Shown one piece after another: positions 37,585 through 46,198 of a stretch of DNA of 64,000 nucleotides. The DNA is from Patescibacteria group bacterium (GTDB taxonomy: Bacteria; Patescibacteriota; Patescibacteriia; JBHPGJ01), in contig JBHPGJ010000002.1 in the NCBI GenBank assembly GCA_042570545.1, positions 31,741-95,740 of the forward strand, read 5' to 3'. Below the pieces are notes generated by a model. It saw only the letters and a program-made list of their open reading frames with translations, had not been told where the DNA came from and did not search any database. Position numbers and translations under genes: made by a program. Numbering within the stretch: the stretch's first letter is position 1; each line of letters starts with the position of its first letter.

Positions 37585-37932
37585 TTATTTTGCTTTGACT
37601 TTGGCAACAACCGCGGTGAACGTCTGGGGTTCGTTAGCTGCCAGCTCAGCAAGCGTTTTACGGTCCAGCTCAATCTTTTGTTTTTTCAAGGCGTCAATTA
37701 ACTGGGAATAAGTAAGTCCGTTTATCCGGGCTCCAGCATTGATATTAATATTCCATAAACGACGGCGATCTCTTTTTTTACGTCGCCGATCCACATAAGC
37801 ATGAGCACCAGCTTTTAAAACAGCTGTCTTGGCTAGCTTGGTCTTATTTTTACGACCCCACTTAAATCCTTTAGTATGGGCTAGCAGTCTTTTACGCTTG
37901 GTCGTTCTTAAATTACCCCTTGTTACTCGCAT
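37585..37932 (-). CDS. rplT: 50S ribosomal protein bL20.
   Basis: 'MRVTRGNLRTTKRKRLLAHTKGFKWGRKN...AHAYVDRRRKKRDRRRLWNINI' is typical L20. Confidence 0.95.
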   Translation of the reverse strand: MRVTRGNLRTTKRKRLLAHTKGFKWGRKNKTKLAKTAVLKAGAHAYVDRRRKKRDRRRLWNININAGARINGLTYSQLIDALKKQKIELDRKTLAELAANEPQTFTAVVAKVKAK

Positions 37933-37938
37933 GATTAG

Positions 37939-38133
37939 TTAGATATGGATTACTTTTTTAATTGCTTTGTGTTCGCTTTTTGAAACCTGTTGATCACGTC
38001 TTTTTCTGGTGGTTAGCTTGCCCGATTGGCGGGAATTAAAATGATCCTGTCCGCCGTGGCGAATTAATAACTTTTTCTTACCCGTAATTTTAAAGCGTTT
38101 ACTGGTTGCCTTATTGGTTTTTAATTTGGCCAT
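37939..38133 (-). CDS. rpmI: 50S ribosomal protein bL35.
   Basis: 'MAKLKTNKATSKRFKITGKKKLLIRH'; conserved infC-rpmI-rplT order. Confidence 0.9.
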   Translation of the reverse strand: MAKLKTNKATSKRFKITGKKKLLIRHGGQDHFNSRQSGKLTTRKRRDQQVSKSEHKAIKKVIHI

Positions 38134-38134
38134 A

Positions 38135-38650
38135 TTATTTTTTAGTCAAAATAAGAAAATATTTATGTCCTTGACGTCCCATGTCTTGTTCGACTTTTGC
38201 GATGTCAGACAAACTTTCGGAAAATTGGTTAAGCATTTGTTTACCGCGTTCACCGTGAGCCCGCTGTCGACCCATCAGTAGCATCTCAATTTTTACTTTA
38301 TGTCCTTGTTCGAGAAATTTTCTCGATCGACCGATTAACATATCCCGATCATGATCGCCGATATTAAAAGTTAATCTTATGCCTTTGACGTCGGTCTTTT
38401 TTTGTTTAGCCTTTTGCTTACGCTCTGTTTTTTCCTGATGGTAGATGTACGAACCGTAATCAACAATGCGGCACACTGGTGGCTGAGCTTGTGGTGCCAC
38501 CTCTACCAAATCAAATCCTCGCTCCTCCGCCAAACGACGGGCTTGGTCGAGTGATACGACCCCGATTCGTTCATTATTCTCATCGATCACGAATACTTCA
38601 CTGGCTCGTATCTGTTGGTTAACGCGATAACGTTTTGATTTACTTATAAT
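38135..38650 (-). CDS. infC: Translation initiation factor IF-3. The true start is probably the non-canonical AUU/AUA at 38645-38650, upstream of the in-frame GTG (38588-38590) reported by the ORF track.
   Basis: The in-frame extension upstream of the GTG reads 'IISKSKRYRVNQQIRASEVFV', which aligns with the conserved IF-3 N-terminus (INxEIRAxEVRLI). The stop TAA lies just upstream at 38657-38659. The remainder of the protein is typical IF-3. Confidence 0.85.
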   Translation of the reverse strand: MISKSKRYRVNQQIRASEVFVIDENNERIGVVSLDQARRLAEERGFDLVEVAPQAQPPVCRIVDYGSYIYHQEKTERKQKAKQKKTDVKGIRLTFNIGDHDRDMLIGRSRKFLEQGHKVKIEMLLMGRQRAHGERGKQMLNQFSESLSDIAKVEQDMGRQGHKYFLILTKK

Positions 38651-38672
38651 ATTATATTAATTAGTTAAGCCT

Positions 38673-39080
38673 TGGTGGAGATGAGGGGTAATACTCCCCT
38701 GTGTAGATGAGATTCCAAATAGTGTGTACACGCTTATTCACCGTTGGGTATGATTAGCTGAGGCTTAAACGATGACAAAAAACTTCAACTAATATCTTCT
38801 GGTGTCATCCGTTATTCACCGACAGAAGATAATCAGTGAATACTTACCTGATAATTGACACCCATGATAGTCTATCAGGTATTGACTATCTGGATGGTTG
38901 TTACGTTTTAGGCAACAACAGAAGCAAGCTTAGGAGCCGCAAAAGCGTTGGCTAATGTGGTCTTAAACTTACTGAATGTAGATTTGACACTTATCGTTTC
39001 CGGAAGGGATTTACAAGTCATCCGGAAGACTTGACGTGCACTGATTTGAAAAGATCATTCTATCGACTATAAACATCCCC
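38673..39080 (-). ncRNA. ssrA: tmRNA (ssrA), about 408 nt. Candidate tag reading frame encodes ANAFAAPKLASVVA then stop (plus-strand 38908-38952).
   Basis: ORF-free 470-bp gap adjacent to smpB. On the minus strand the 5' end is GGGGATG and the 3' end is ...AGGGG-AGTATTA-CCCCT-CATCTCC-A-CCA. The acceptor stem has the G3:U70 wobble and A73, which are tRNA-Ala identity elements. The 5' region 'GGGGATGTTTATAGTCGATAG' parallels the E. coli tmRNA 5' end. An internal short ORF begins GCC-AAC and ends in UAA. Confidence 0.8.
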
Positions 39081-39117
39081 AGGTATTATCGATTATATCG
39101 GTAATATCTGCAGCCGT

Positions 39118-39594
39118 CTATGTTTTTTGTCTAAGTACCCTTCTGATTTTGCGATCAGTGTCTCGTTTCTTTATTTCTTCTCGGCGATCCCGTTTTTTCT
39201 TACCGGTCACTAAAGCGACCTCGATTTTTACGAGACCGCCCTTAGTATAAACAGTTATTGGTATCATTGTCAAGCCAGGGGTTTTGGTCTTACCGATAAG
39301 AGTTTTTATCTCAGATTTGTTTAATAATAGGCGACGATCACGATCAGCTTGGTAATCAACTTGCCTGCCCTTGGCAAAGCGATAGGGGGCAATACGGGAC
39401 TGTTTGAGCCAGGCTTGTTCATTATCTATGCTAATATAAGCACCCTTGAGATCAATATCTCCTAATTTAGCGCTTTTTACCTCAGCCCCAGTTAAAGCAA
39501 TACCGGCCTCATATATTTCGAGGATTTTGAATTGGGCTTTGGCTTTTCTATTGTTAGCTAATTGTGGCACGACATAAGTATACTTTTGTTTCAC
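39118..39594 (-). CDS. smpB: SsrA-binding protein SmpB.
   Basis: 'AYISIDNEQAWLKQSRIAPY...LLLNKSEI' and the basic C-terminal tail are typical of SmpB. Confidence 0.9.
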   Translation of the reverse strand: MKQKYTYVVPQLANNRKAKAQFKILEIYEAGIALTGAEVKSAKLGDIDLKGAYISIDNEQAWLKQSRIAPYRFAKGRQVDYQADRDRRLLLNKSEIKTLIGKTKTPGLTMIPITVYTKGGLVKIEVALVTGKKKRDRREEIKKRDTDRKIRRVLRQKT

Positions 39595-39648
39595 AATTTC
39601 ATAAAGACTTTTTCTTTTACCATTTTTTTCGTATACTAAAAACTCAAT

Positions 39649-41292
39649 ATGACACTAAAAAGTAGATTAAAATCAATTCTTGATAAGCGGTTGAAAGATG
39701 TTTATGGTGCCGAACAGGCTGAGCATCTGCCGCAGTACATCATTGAGCGTCCTCGTGAACTAAGATACGGCGAGTATTCGACTAATGTAGCCATGCAGCT
39801 AGCGCCGATTGTGAAAGAAGATCCAATGATAATTGCTCAGTCTCTTATTAACCAGACCAGATGGCCGGCAGCTGTTGGTAAGGTTTTGGTAGTGGCGCCG
39901 GGTTTCATAAACTTTTATTTAGGCGATGAGTGGCTCAGAAGACAGTTGCCGTCTATCGTTGAAACTAGATTTGGTCAGTCTGATATTGGTCGTAAGCGAA
40001 GAGTGTTAATTGAATTTATCTCAGCTAATCCGACTGGACCCCTGCATCTTGGTAATGGACGAGGAGCCTTCTTGGGTGACGTTTTAGCCAATGTCATGAG
40101 CTTGGCTTCATATAATGTAAAGAGAGAATATTATATAAATGATATTGGTAAGCAAGTACAAGTATTGGCCGAATCTGTCACGCGACGTTTTTTTCAGTCT
40201 CATGGAGTAGCAGTTCCTTATCCTGAGCACTGCTATCAGGGAGCATATATTTATGATCTAGCTAAACGTCTGGACAGCAGACTTAATAGTTATAAGCTTC
40301 AGGATATTCAAAAAGTGAGAGATAGAATAACCAGCCGGGTGCTTAAACTGATGTTAGATGATCTTAAGATATTTGTTGAAAAAGATTTACGAATTAAATT
40401 TGACCGCTGGTTTAGCGAATCCAGCCTGCATAAAAGCCCTACCGTCAAACGAATGCTTAATCATCTGCATAAACAGGATCTTCTTTATATTAAAGATGAT
40501 GCTTTATGGATGAAGACTTCTGGTTTTGGCGATGACAAAGACCGAGTTTTGGTTAAATCAGACGGCAATCAAACGTACTTTTTATCAGATATAGCTTATC
40601 ACTGGAATAAATTGGGTATGAGAAAATACGATATGGTCATTGATATACTTGGTGCTGATCATCATGGTTACATTGATCGCCTGCAAGCTGCGGTAGCAGC
40701 CATGGGCTATGCCGGGCAACTAGAAATAATTATTGTCCAATTAGTAAGATTGATTGAGAATAATAAAGAAATAAAGATGTCTAAGCGGGGCGGCACCTAT
40801 GTTACTCTGGAGGAGCTGATTGATCAGGTGGGCGTCGATGCCGTACGCTTTTTCTTTTTGATGCATAGCGCTGGCCGGCATATGGAATTTGACTTAAACT
40901 TAGCTAAAAAGAAATCAGATGAAAACCCGGTTTACTACGTACAGTATGCTCATGCTCGGATACGCAGTATAATAAAACAGGCCTCACCACTTTTAAAAGA
41001 CAAGAAAAAGCATAACAGTTCTAAGCTGACAGCCAAACAAAGTTTCCGCTTGATTAAAAAATTGCTCGAATATCCCGAGATTGTTGAAGAAGTTGCCCAA
41101 AATTACGAAACTCAACGTTTGCCTTTTTACGCCATTGATTTAGCTGAAAGCTTTCATGAATTTTACCAGAATGTCAGAGTAATAGATGGTGATGAATTAT
41201 TCATAAAAAGATTTGAACTTATTAAGGCCACTGGTAAAGTACTAAAAGACACTCTAAGTCTTATGGGCATCAGTGCACCAACTAAAATGTAA
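39649..41292 (+). CDS. argS: Arginyl-tRNA synthetase.
   Basis: 'SANPTGPLHLGNGRGA' (HIGH-like motif) and 'KMSKRGG' (KMSK); the length fits ArgRS. Confidence 0.9.
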   Translation: MTLKSRLKSILDKRLKDVYGAEQAEHLPQYIIERPRELRYGEYSTNVAMQLAPIVKEDPMIIAQSLINQTRWPAAVGKVLVVAPGFINFYLGDEWLRRQLPSIVETRFGQSDIGRKRRVLIEFISANPTGPLHLGNGRGAFLGDVLANVMSLASYNVKREYYINDIGKQVQVLAESVTRRFFQSHGVAVPYPEHCYQGAYIYDLAKRLDSRLNSYKLQDIQKVRDRITSRVLKLMLDDLKIFVEKDLRIKFDRWFSESSLHKSPTVKRMLNHLHKQDLLYIKDDALWMKTSGFGDDKDRVLVKSDGNQTYFLSDIAYHWNKLGMRKYDMVIDILGADHHGYIDRLQAAVAAMGYAGQLEIIIVQLVRLIENNKEIKMSKRGGTYVTLEELIDQVGVDAVRFFFLMHSAGRHMEFDLNLAKKKSDENPVYYVQYAHARIRSIIKQASPLLKDKKKHNSSKLTAKQSFRLIKKLLEYPEIVEEVAQNYETQRLPFYAIDLAESFHEFYQNVRVIDGDELFIKRFELIKATGKVLKDTLSLMGISAPTKM

Positions 41293-42445
41293 GAAAATGC
41301 GTATTGGTATAGATTGCCGCACAATATTAAATCCAGAACTTGGCGAAAAGGCCGGGGTAGGGCACTATACCTATTACTTGGTAAAAAATTTATTAAAAAT
41401 TGACCACCGCAATGAATATGTCTTGTTTTTTACTAGTCGCTTAAATCCCTTTAGCGAGTTTGAGCAGGCCAATGTGACGATGAAAGAATTTCCATTTGGT
41501 CGTTATAAAAAATTCTTACCTTTCAGCTATTCACATATGCTGATTGCCGCTTTAGTTAAACAGGCTAAACTTGATTTATTTCACTCGCCGGCAAATATAT
41601 TACCCCTGAGCTTGACCGGTAAGGCAGTAATTACCATTCATGATTTGGCGATTTATAAAAACCCTGATTGGTTTCCCAGTCAGGTTTTTTCTACCAAATT
41701 GCTGGTACCGCAATCAGTTAAGAAGGCTAAAAAAATAATAGCTGTTTCCCAAAGTACAGCTAATGATCTACGAGAGATTTTTAATGTACCAGCTAAAAAG
41801 ATCCATGTTATTCATGAGGGCGTGGCCATTGATTACCTAAAATTAAAAGATCGTCAGGTTGATATTAAAAAGAAGTTTAAATTACCCAAGCATTATTTAT
41901 TGTTTGTCGGCACTTTAGAACCCAGGAAAAATTTAATGATGTTAGTAAAAGTGTTTGCCGAAATACGTAAAGTGATTGATACAAAATTCAGCGATATCGA
42001 ATTAATATTGGCCGGTGCACCAGGCTTTCAAGCCGATGAATTATTCCGCCTGATTGAAGATTTGAAAATAAAAAAATATGTTCGCCATATAGGATATATA
42101 ACTCAAAATGAGAAATTCAAGTTAATGAAACAAGCCTGGGCCTTTGTCTTCCCGTCTTTGTATGAAGGTTTCGGCCTGCCCGTACTAGAGGCAATGAAGC
42201 TGGGTACGCCAGTATTGACCAGTCGGGCTTCCTCATTGCCAGAAGTAACCGGTACCAGCGCTCTAACGATAAATCCAAATGACGAACAAGCCATGTTCAA
42301 GGCGTTGGTAAAAATCATTCAGAATACTTCATTGAGATCCCGTTTGAAGATAACCGGCCGTCATCGTGCCGATCAATTTACTTGGGAAAAAACAGCTAAA
42401 AAAACTTTAAAGATATATAACACCGTTGTCGGTACTAACCGGTAG
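41273..42445 (+). CDS. Glycosyltransferase family 4 (group 1).
   Basis: 'EGFGLPVLEAMKLGTPVLTSRASSLPEV' is the GT4 E-x7-E region. Confidence 0.8.
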   Translation: MHQLKCKKMRIGIDCRTILNPELGEKAGVGHYTYYLVKNLLKIDHRNEYVLFFTSRLNPFSEFEQANVTMKEFPFGRYKKFLPFSYSHMLIAALVKQAKLDLFHSPANILPLSLTGKAVITIHDLAIYKNPDWFPSQVFSTKLLVPQSVKKAKKIIAVSQSTANDLREIFNVPAKKIHVIHEGVAIDYLKLKDRQVDIKKKFKLPKHYLLFVGTLEPRKNLMMLVKVFAEIRKVIDTKFSDIELILAGAPGFQADELFRLIEDLKIKKYVRHIGYITQNEKFKLMKQAWAFVFPSLYEGFGLPVLEAMKLGTPVLTSRASSLPEVTGTSALTINPNDEQAMFKALVKIIQNTSLRSRLKITGRHRADQFTWEKTAKKTLKIYNTVVGTNR

Positions 42446-42511
42446 AGGTATAAAACTGAAAAGCCGCTGATAATACTTGTCAAACTTAATGATTTTACTT
42501 AAAATTACCGT

Positions 42512-42531
42512 GCTCAATTGAGCGCTTTTTA
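42512..42531 (+). terminator. Possible terminator or attenuator hairpin (GCTCAATTGAGC plus a T-run) immediately upstream of ileS.
   Basis: Perfect palindrome at 42512-42523 followed by TTTTT. Confidence 0.35.
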
Positions 42532-42533
42532 AT

Positions 42534-45422
42534 ATGAGTCATAAAAAAATTAATAATAACAAGCCAAATTTCCCCAAACTAGAAGAAGACATTCTAAAGT
42601 TTTGGAGAGATAAGAAAATATTTTCAAAAAGTTTAAAAAAAACTGCCTCCGGTAAGCGGTTTGTTTTTTTTGAAGGACCACCTACGGCTAATGGCCGACC
42701 AGGAATCCATCACATAGAAGCCCGAGCATTCAAAGATTTGATTCCGCGTTTCAAAACCATGCAAGGATATTTTGTCGAACGCAAAGCCGGCTGGGATACT
42801 CAAGGCCTACCAGTCGAGCTGGAAGTGGAAAAGCAAATTGGTGTCTCGGGTAAGTTGGATATTGAGAAATATGGCGTAGACAAGTTTAATAAAAAATGCC
42901 GAGACAGTGTCTGGAAGTATAAAGATGAGTGGGAGAAAATGACAGAAAGAATTGGCTTTTGGATTGATTTAGAAGACCCATACATTACTTATACTAATGA
43001 ATATATTGAAACACTATGGTGGATACTAAAACAAGTATGGGACAAGAAGCTACTTGAGCAGGGGTATAAAGTGGTGCCTTACTGTCCACGCTGTGGTACC
43101 TCATTGTCATCACACGAAGTAGCTCAAGGATATGAGGACGTGACCGAAGACTCGGTCTATATAAAATTTAAGCTGGTAGATCAACCGGATACATTCATAT
43201 TAGCCTGGACAACAACCCCTTGGACCTTGCCGGGTAATGTTGCTTTAGCAGTCAATCAGAAAATCAAATATCTTAAAGTCAAACAGGATAATGAGTATTA
43301 TATTTTAGCTGAAGACTTGGTGGATCTTCTAGAGGGGGACTATAAAAAAGTAGCTGAAGTTAAAGCTAAGGATCTGATAGGTCAGCGCTATGAGCCGCTT
43401 TTTCCTTTTGTTGATTTGGAAAAAGAGACTGGTCAGAAGGCCTACTATATCACACCAGCTGACTTTGTAACTACCGAGGAAGGTACGGGTGTCGTTCATA
43501 CAGCTGTAATGTATGGCGAAGATGATTTTAATTTAGGCCGGAAAATTAAATTGCCAGAGTTTCATACGGTAGATGACAAAGGCCAGTTTAAACCTATCGT
43601 AAAACCATGGGCTGGTAAATTTGTAAAAGAAGTTGAATCGGAAATTGTTGACTGGCTGAAGGCGAACAATAAATTATACAAAGTTCAACCAAATACTCAT
43701 GCCTATCCATTTTGTTGGCGTTGTCATACTCCATTGCTATATTATGCCAAGACCACCTGGTTCATCCGGATGACGGCCCTCCGGGATAAGTTGATAAAAA
43801 ACAATAAAAATATTAATTGGGTTCCTGCTCATTTGAAAGAGGGACGTTTTGGCGAGTGGTTAAATGAAGTAAAAGATTGGGCGGTCGGGCGCGAACGGTA
43901 CTGGGGGACGCCCATTCCAGTATGGGAATGTAGAAAATGCCAGCGTCAAGAATGCCTGGGCAGTTATGAAGAACTAAAATCTAAGGCCAAAGAACCAGAG
44001 CTGATCAAAGATGATTTTGATCCCCACCGGCCTTATATTGATAATATTCATCTTAAATGTGATTGCGGCGGCCAAATGCAGCGAGTGCCAGAAGTAATGG
44101 ATACCTGGTTTGATTCTGGCTCTATGCCATTTGCACAATGGCATTATCCGTTTGAAAACAAAGATCGGATTGACGAGGGCATCAGCTATCCGGCCGATTT
44201 TATCGCTGAAGCAATCGATCAAACCCGTGGCTGGTTTTATACCCTGCTAGCAATATCCACTTTGCTAGATAAAGGTGAACCATTTAAAAATGTTATTTCT
44301 ATGGGCCATGTACTTGATGCCAAGGGACAAAAAATGTCCAAACATTTAGGAAATGTGATCGCCCCCAATGAAGTTATTGATAAATATGGTGCTGATTCTG
44401 TCCGCTGGTTTTTATATGCTGTCAATCAGCCGGGTGATAGTAAGAATTTTGATGCCCGAGCGCTTGAAGATATGGTTAAAAAACATTTTATGATTTTATG
44501 GAACGTGCTGTTGTTCTATAAACTATTTGCTGGCGATAAGCCAAAAGAATCAGACAGCCAGCATGTGCTTGATCGCTGGATTTTATCACTGAGCAATAAG
44601 CTAATTAAAGACGTAACTGACAGCTTAGAAAAATTCCAAATAACCAATGCCGCCAGAGCTATCAGCGCCTTTATAACCGATTTATCTACCTGGTATGTCC
44701 GCCGAAGTCGGGATCGCTTTAAAGGAGATGATAAAGAAGACATGAATGATGCTTTGACTACCTTGAGACAAGTTTTATTAACTATGGCAAAAGTATCGGC
44801 ACCCTTCACGCCGTTTATTTCAGAACATATTTATCAAGAAATTAATGGCGATCAGGAATCAGTTCATCTTGATAGCTGGCCGGCAGTTGGCAAAATTGAC
44901 GAAGAACTACTTTCTGGTATGGGACAAGTCAGAAAAATAGTTGAATTAGGCCATAGTTTGAGAGCTGAATCAGAAATAAAAGTAAGACAACCTTTGCCCC
45001 AAGTGGCCTTCACCGGAGTTCAGATTACCAAAGAACTAACCGAACAAATAGCTAAAGAGCTCAATGTTACCGAAGTTCATAGTACCCAAACTATACCAGC
45101 CGGATCTGATTGGACAACCAGATCCGAAGGCTCTTTGACGGTTGGGCTCGATACTACCATAACTGATGAATTAAAGGAGCTGGGATACATTCGGGAAATA
45201 AGCCGCTACGTGAATGCCCTACGCAAACAGGCCGGCCTAACGCCCAGCGACAGCATTACCCTGATGTACGAAACCGATGATGAGTCGAGTAAAAGGTTAT
45301 TTACTCACTACCAAGCAATATTATTAAAAGAAACACGGGCCAATAAGATTGTTGCCGGCCGCGGCAAGCAGGTCAAAGAAATCTTTCTCGACGAAAAAAA
45401 AGTAGTACTTTCATTTAAATAA
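42534..45422 (+). CDS. ileS: Isoleucyl-tRNA synthetase.
   Basis: 'PPTANGRPGIHH' (HIGH region), 'WTTTPWTLPGN' (IleRS-specific motif), 'KMSKHLGN', and a Cys-x2-Cys zinc cluster. Confidence 0.9.
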   Translation: MSHKKINNNKPNFPKLEEDILKFWRDKKIFSKSLKKTASGKRFVFFEGPPTANGRPGIHHIEARAFKDLIPRFKTMQGYFVERKAGWDTQGLPVELEVEKQIGVSGKLDIEKYGVDKFNKKCRDSVWKYKDEWEKMTERIGFWIDLEDPYITYTNEYIETLWWILKQVWDKKLLEQGYKVVPYCPRCGTSLSSHEVAQGYEDVTEDSVYIKFKLVDQPDTFILAWTTTPWTLPGNVALAVNQKIKYLKVKQDNEYYILAEDLVDLLEGDYKKVAEVKAKDLIGQRYEPLFPFVDLEKETGQKAYYITPADFVTTEEGTGVVHTAVMYGEDDFNLGRKIKLPEFHTVDDKGQFKPIVKPWAGKFVKEVESEIVDWLKANNKLYKVQPNTHAYPFCWRCHTPLLYYAKTTWFIRMTALRDKLIKNNKNINWVPAHLKEGRFGEWLNEVKDWAVGRERYWGTPIPVWECRKCQRQECLGSYEELKSKAKEPELIKDDFDPHRPYIDNIHLKCDCGGQMQRVPEVMDTWFDSGSMPFAQWHYPFENKDRIDEGISYPADFIAEAIDQTRGWFYTLLAISTLLDKGEPFKNVISMGHVLDAKGQKMSKHLGNVIAPNEVIDKYGADSVRWFLYAVNQPGDSKNFDARALEDMVKKHFMILWNVLLFYKLFAGDKPKESDSQHVLDRWILSLSNKLIKDVTDSLEKFQITNAARAISAFITDLSTWYVRRSRDRFKGDDKEDMNDALTTLRQVLLTMAKVSAPFTPFISEHIYQEINGDQESVHLDSWPAVGKIDEELLSGMGQVRKIVELGHSLRAESEIKVRQPLPQVAFTGVQITKELTEQIAKELNVTEVHSTQTIPAGSDWTTRSEGSLTVGLDTTITDELKELGYIREISRYVNALRKQAGLTPSDSITLMYETDDESSKRLFTHYQAILLKETRANKIVAGRGKQVKEIFLDEKKVVLSFK

Positions 45423-45424
45423 AG

Positions 45425-46177
45425 ATGTCCAGTTATCGCCGCAGTATAGCTCTTACCTTGCGTCGCGAAAATATTGGCGAATATGACCGCCGATATACTT
45501 TTTATACTAAGCGTTATGGTAAGGTAGTGGCTATCGGCCGGGGAACTCATAAGATATTAAGTAAATTAGCTGGTACTCTAGAACCCTATCGAGTGATTGA
45601 GATTAATCTAGCTAGTGGAAAAACAAATAATACGATAATTGCCGCTGAGACCATAAATGGCCGTAATGGTCTGTGGTCAGGTGAGACAACGCTGGTCCAG
45701 GCGGCCTTTATCAGTGAAATTGTTGATACTTTAATACAGCCGGAGCAAGCTGATAAAAATGTATGGCAACTGATAACGCAAGTTTATGGTGAGCTATATA
45801 AACCTTCGATGGTATCAAATATTTTAGGATCATTTTTCATAGTCCGATTATTGACCATCCTAGGGTTTGGTCCAGAATTACATAATTGCATTAATTGCCA
45901 CCAGCGCTTGAAATCTGAACCGGCAACCATGGTTATTTCTCGTGGATTGGCTTGTCAGCAATGTAAAATCAGAGGGATTAGAATCACAACTAACGTTATA
46001 AAAATAATTCGATTAATGCAGCGGGGTAACTGGCCCTTGGTTAAAAAGCTCTCAGCCAGCAATGAAGACATTACTCTGTTATCGTCAGTGACGTATAAAT
46101 TGTTAGGTCAACACTTAGCAAAACCACCAGCCACATTGAAATTACTTAATTATCTGGCGCGTAGAGTTAATGGTTAA
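45425..46177 (+). CDS. recO: DNA repair protein RecO.
   Basis: N-terminal OB-fold pattern 'IALTLRRENIGEYDRRYTFYTKRYGKV'; C-terminal 'CINCHQRL...CQQC' zinc finger. Confidence 0.85.
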   Translation: MSSYRRSIALTLRRENIGEYDRRYTFYTKRYGKVVAIGRGTHKILSKLAGTLEPYRVIEINLASGKTNNTIIAAETINGRNGLWSGETTLVQAAFISEIVDTLIQPEQADKNVWQLITQVYGELYKPSMVSNILGSFFIVRLLTILGFGPELHNCINCHQRLKSEPATMVISRGLACQQCKIRGIRITTNVIKIIRLMQRGNWPLVKKLSASNEDITLLSSVTYKLLGQHLAKPPATLKLLNYLARRVNG

Positions 46178-46198
46178 TAATTGCTATAATATAGGCAT

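Noticed and set aside
38640-39117. The ORF-free 470-bp gap was considered as a decayed pseudogene or a plain intergenic spacer.
   Set aside because: The strand-specific tRNA-Ala-like acceptor/T-arm, the G3:U70 pair, a 5' GGGG end and the adjacency to smpB fit a tmRNA much better.
42446-42533. Possible T-box riboswitch leader upstream of ileS.
   Set aside because: The 88-nt spacer is far too short for a T-box (about 250 nt), and no specifier or T-box consensus is visible. Only a small palindrome is present.
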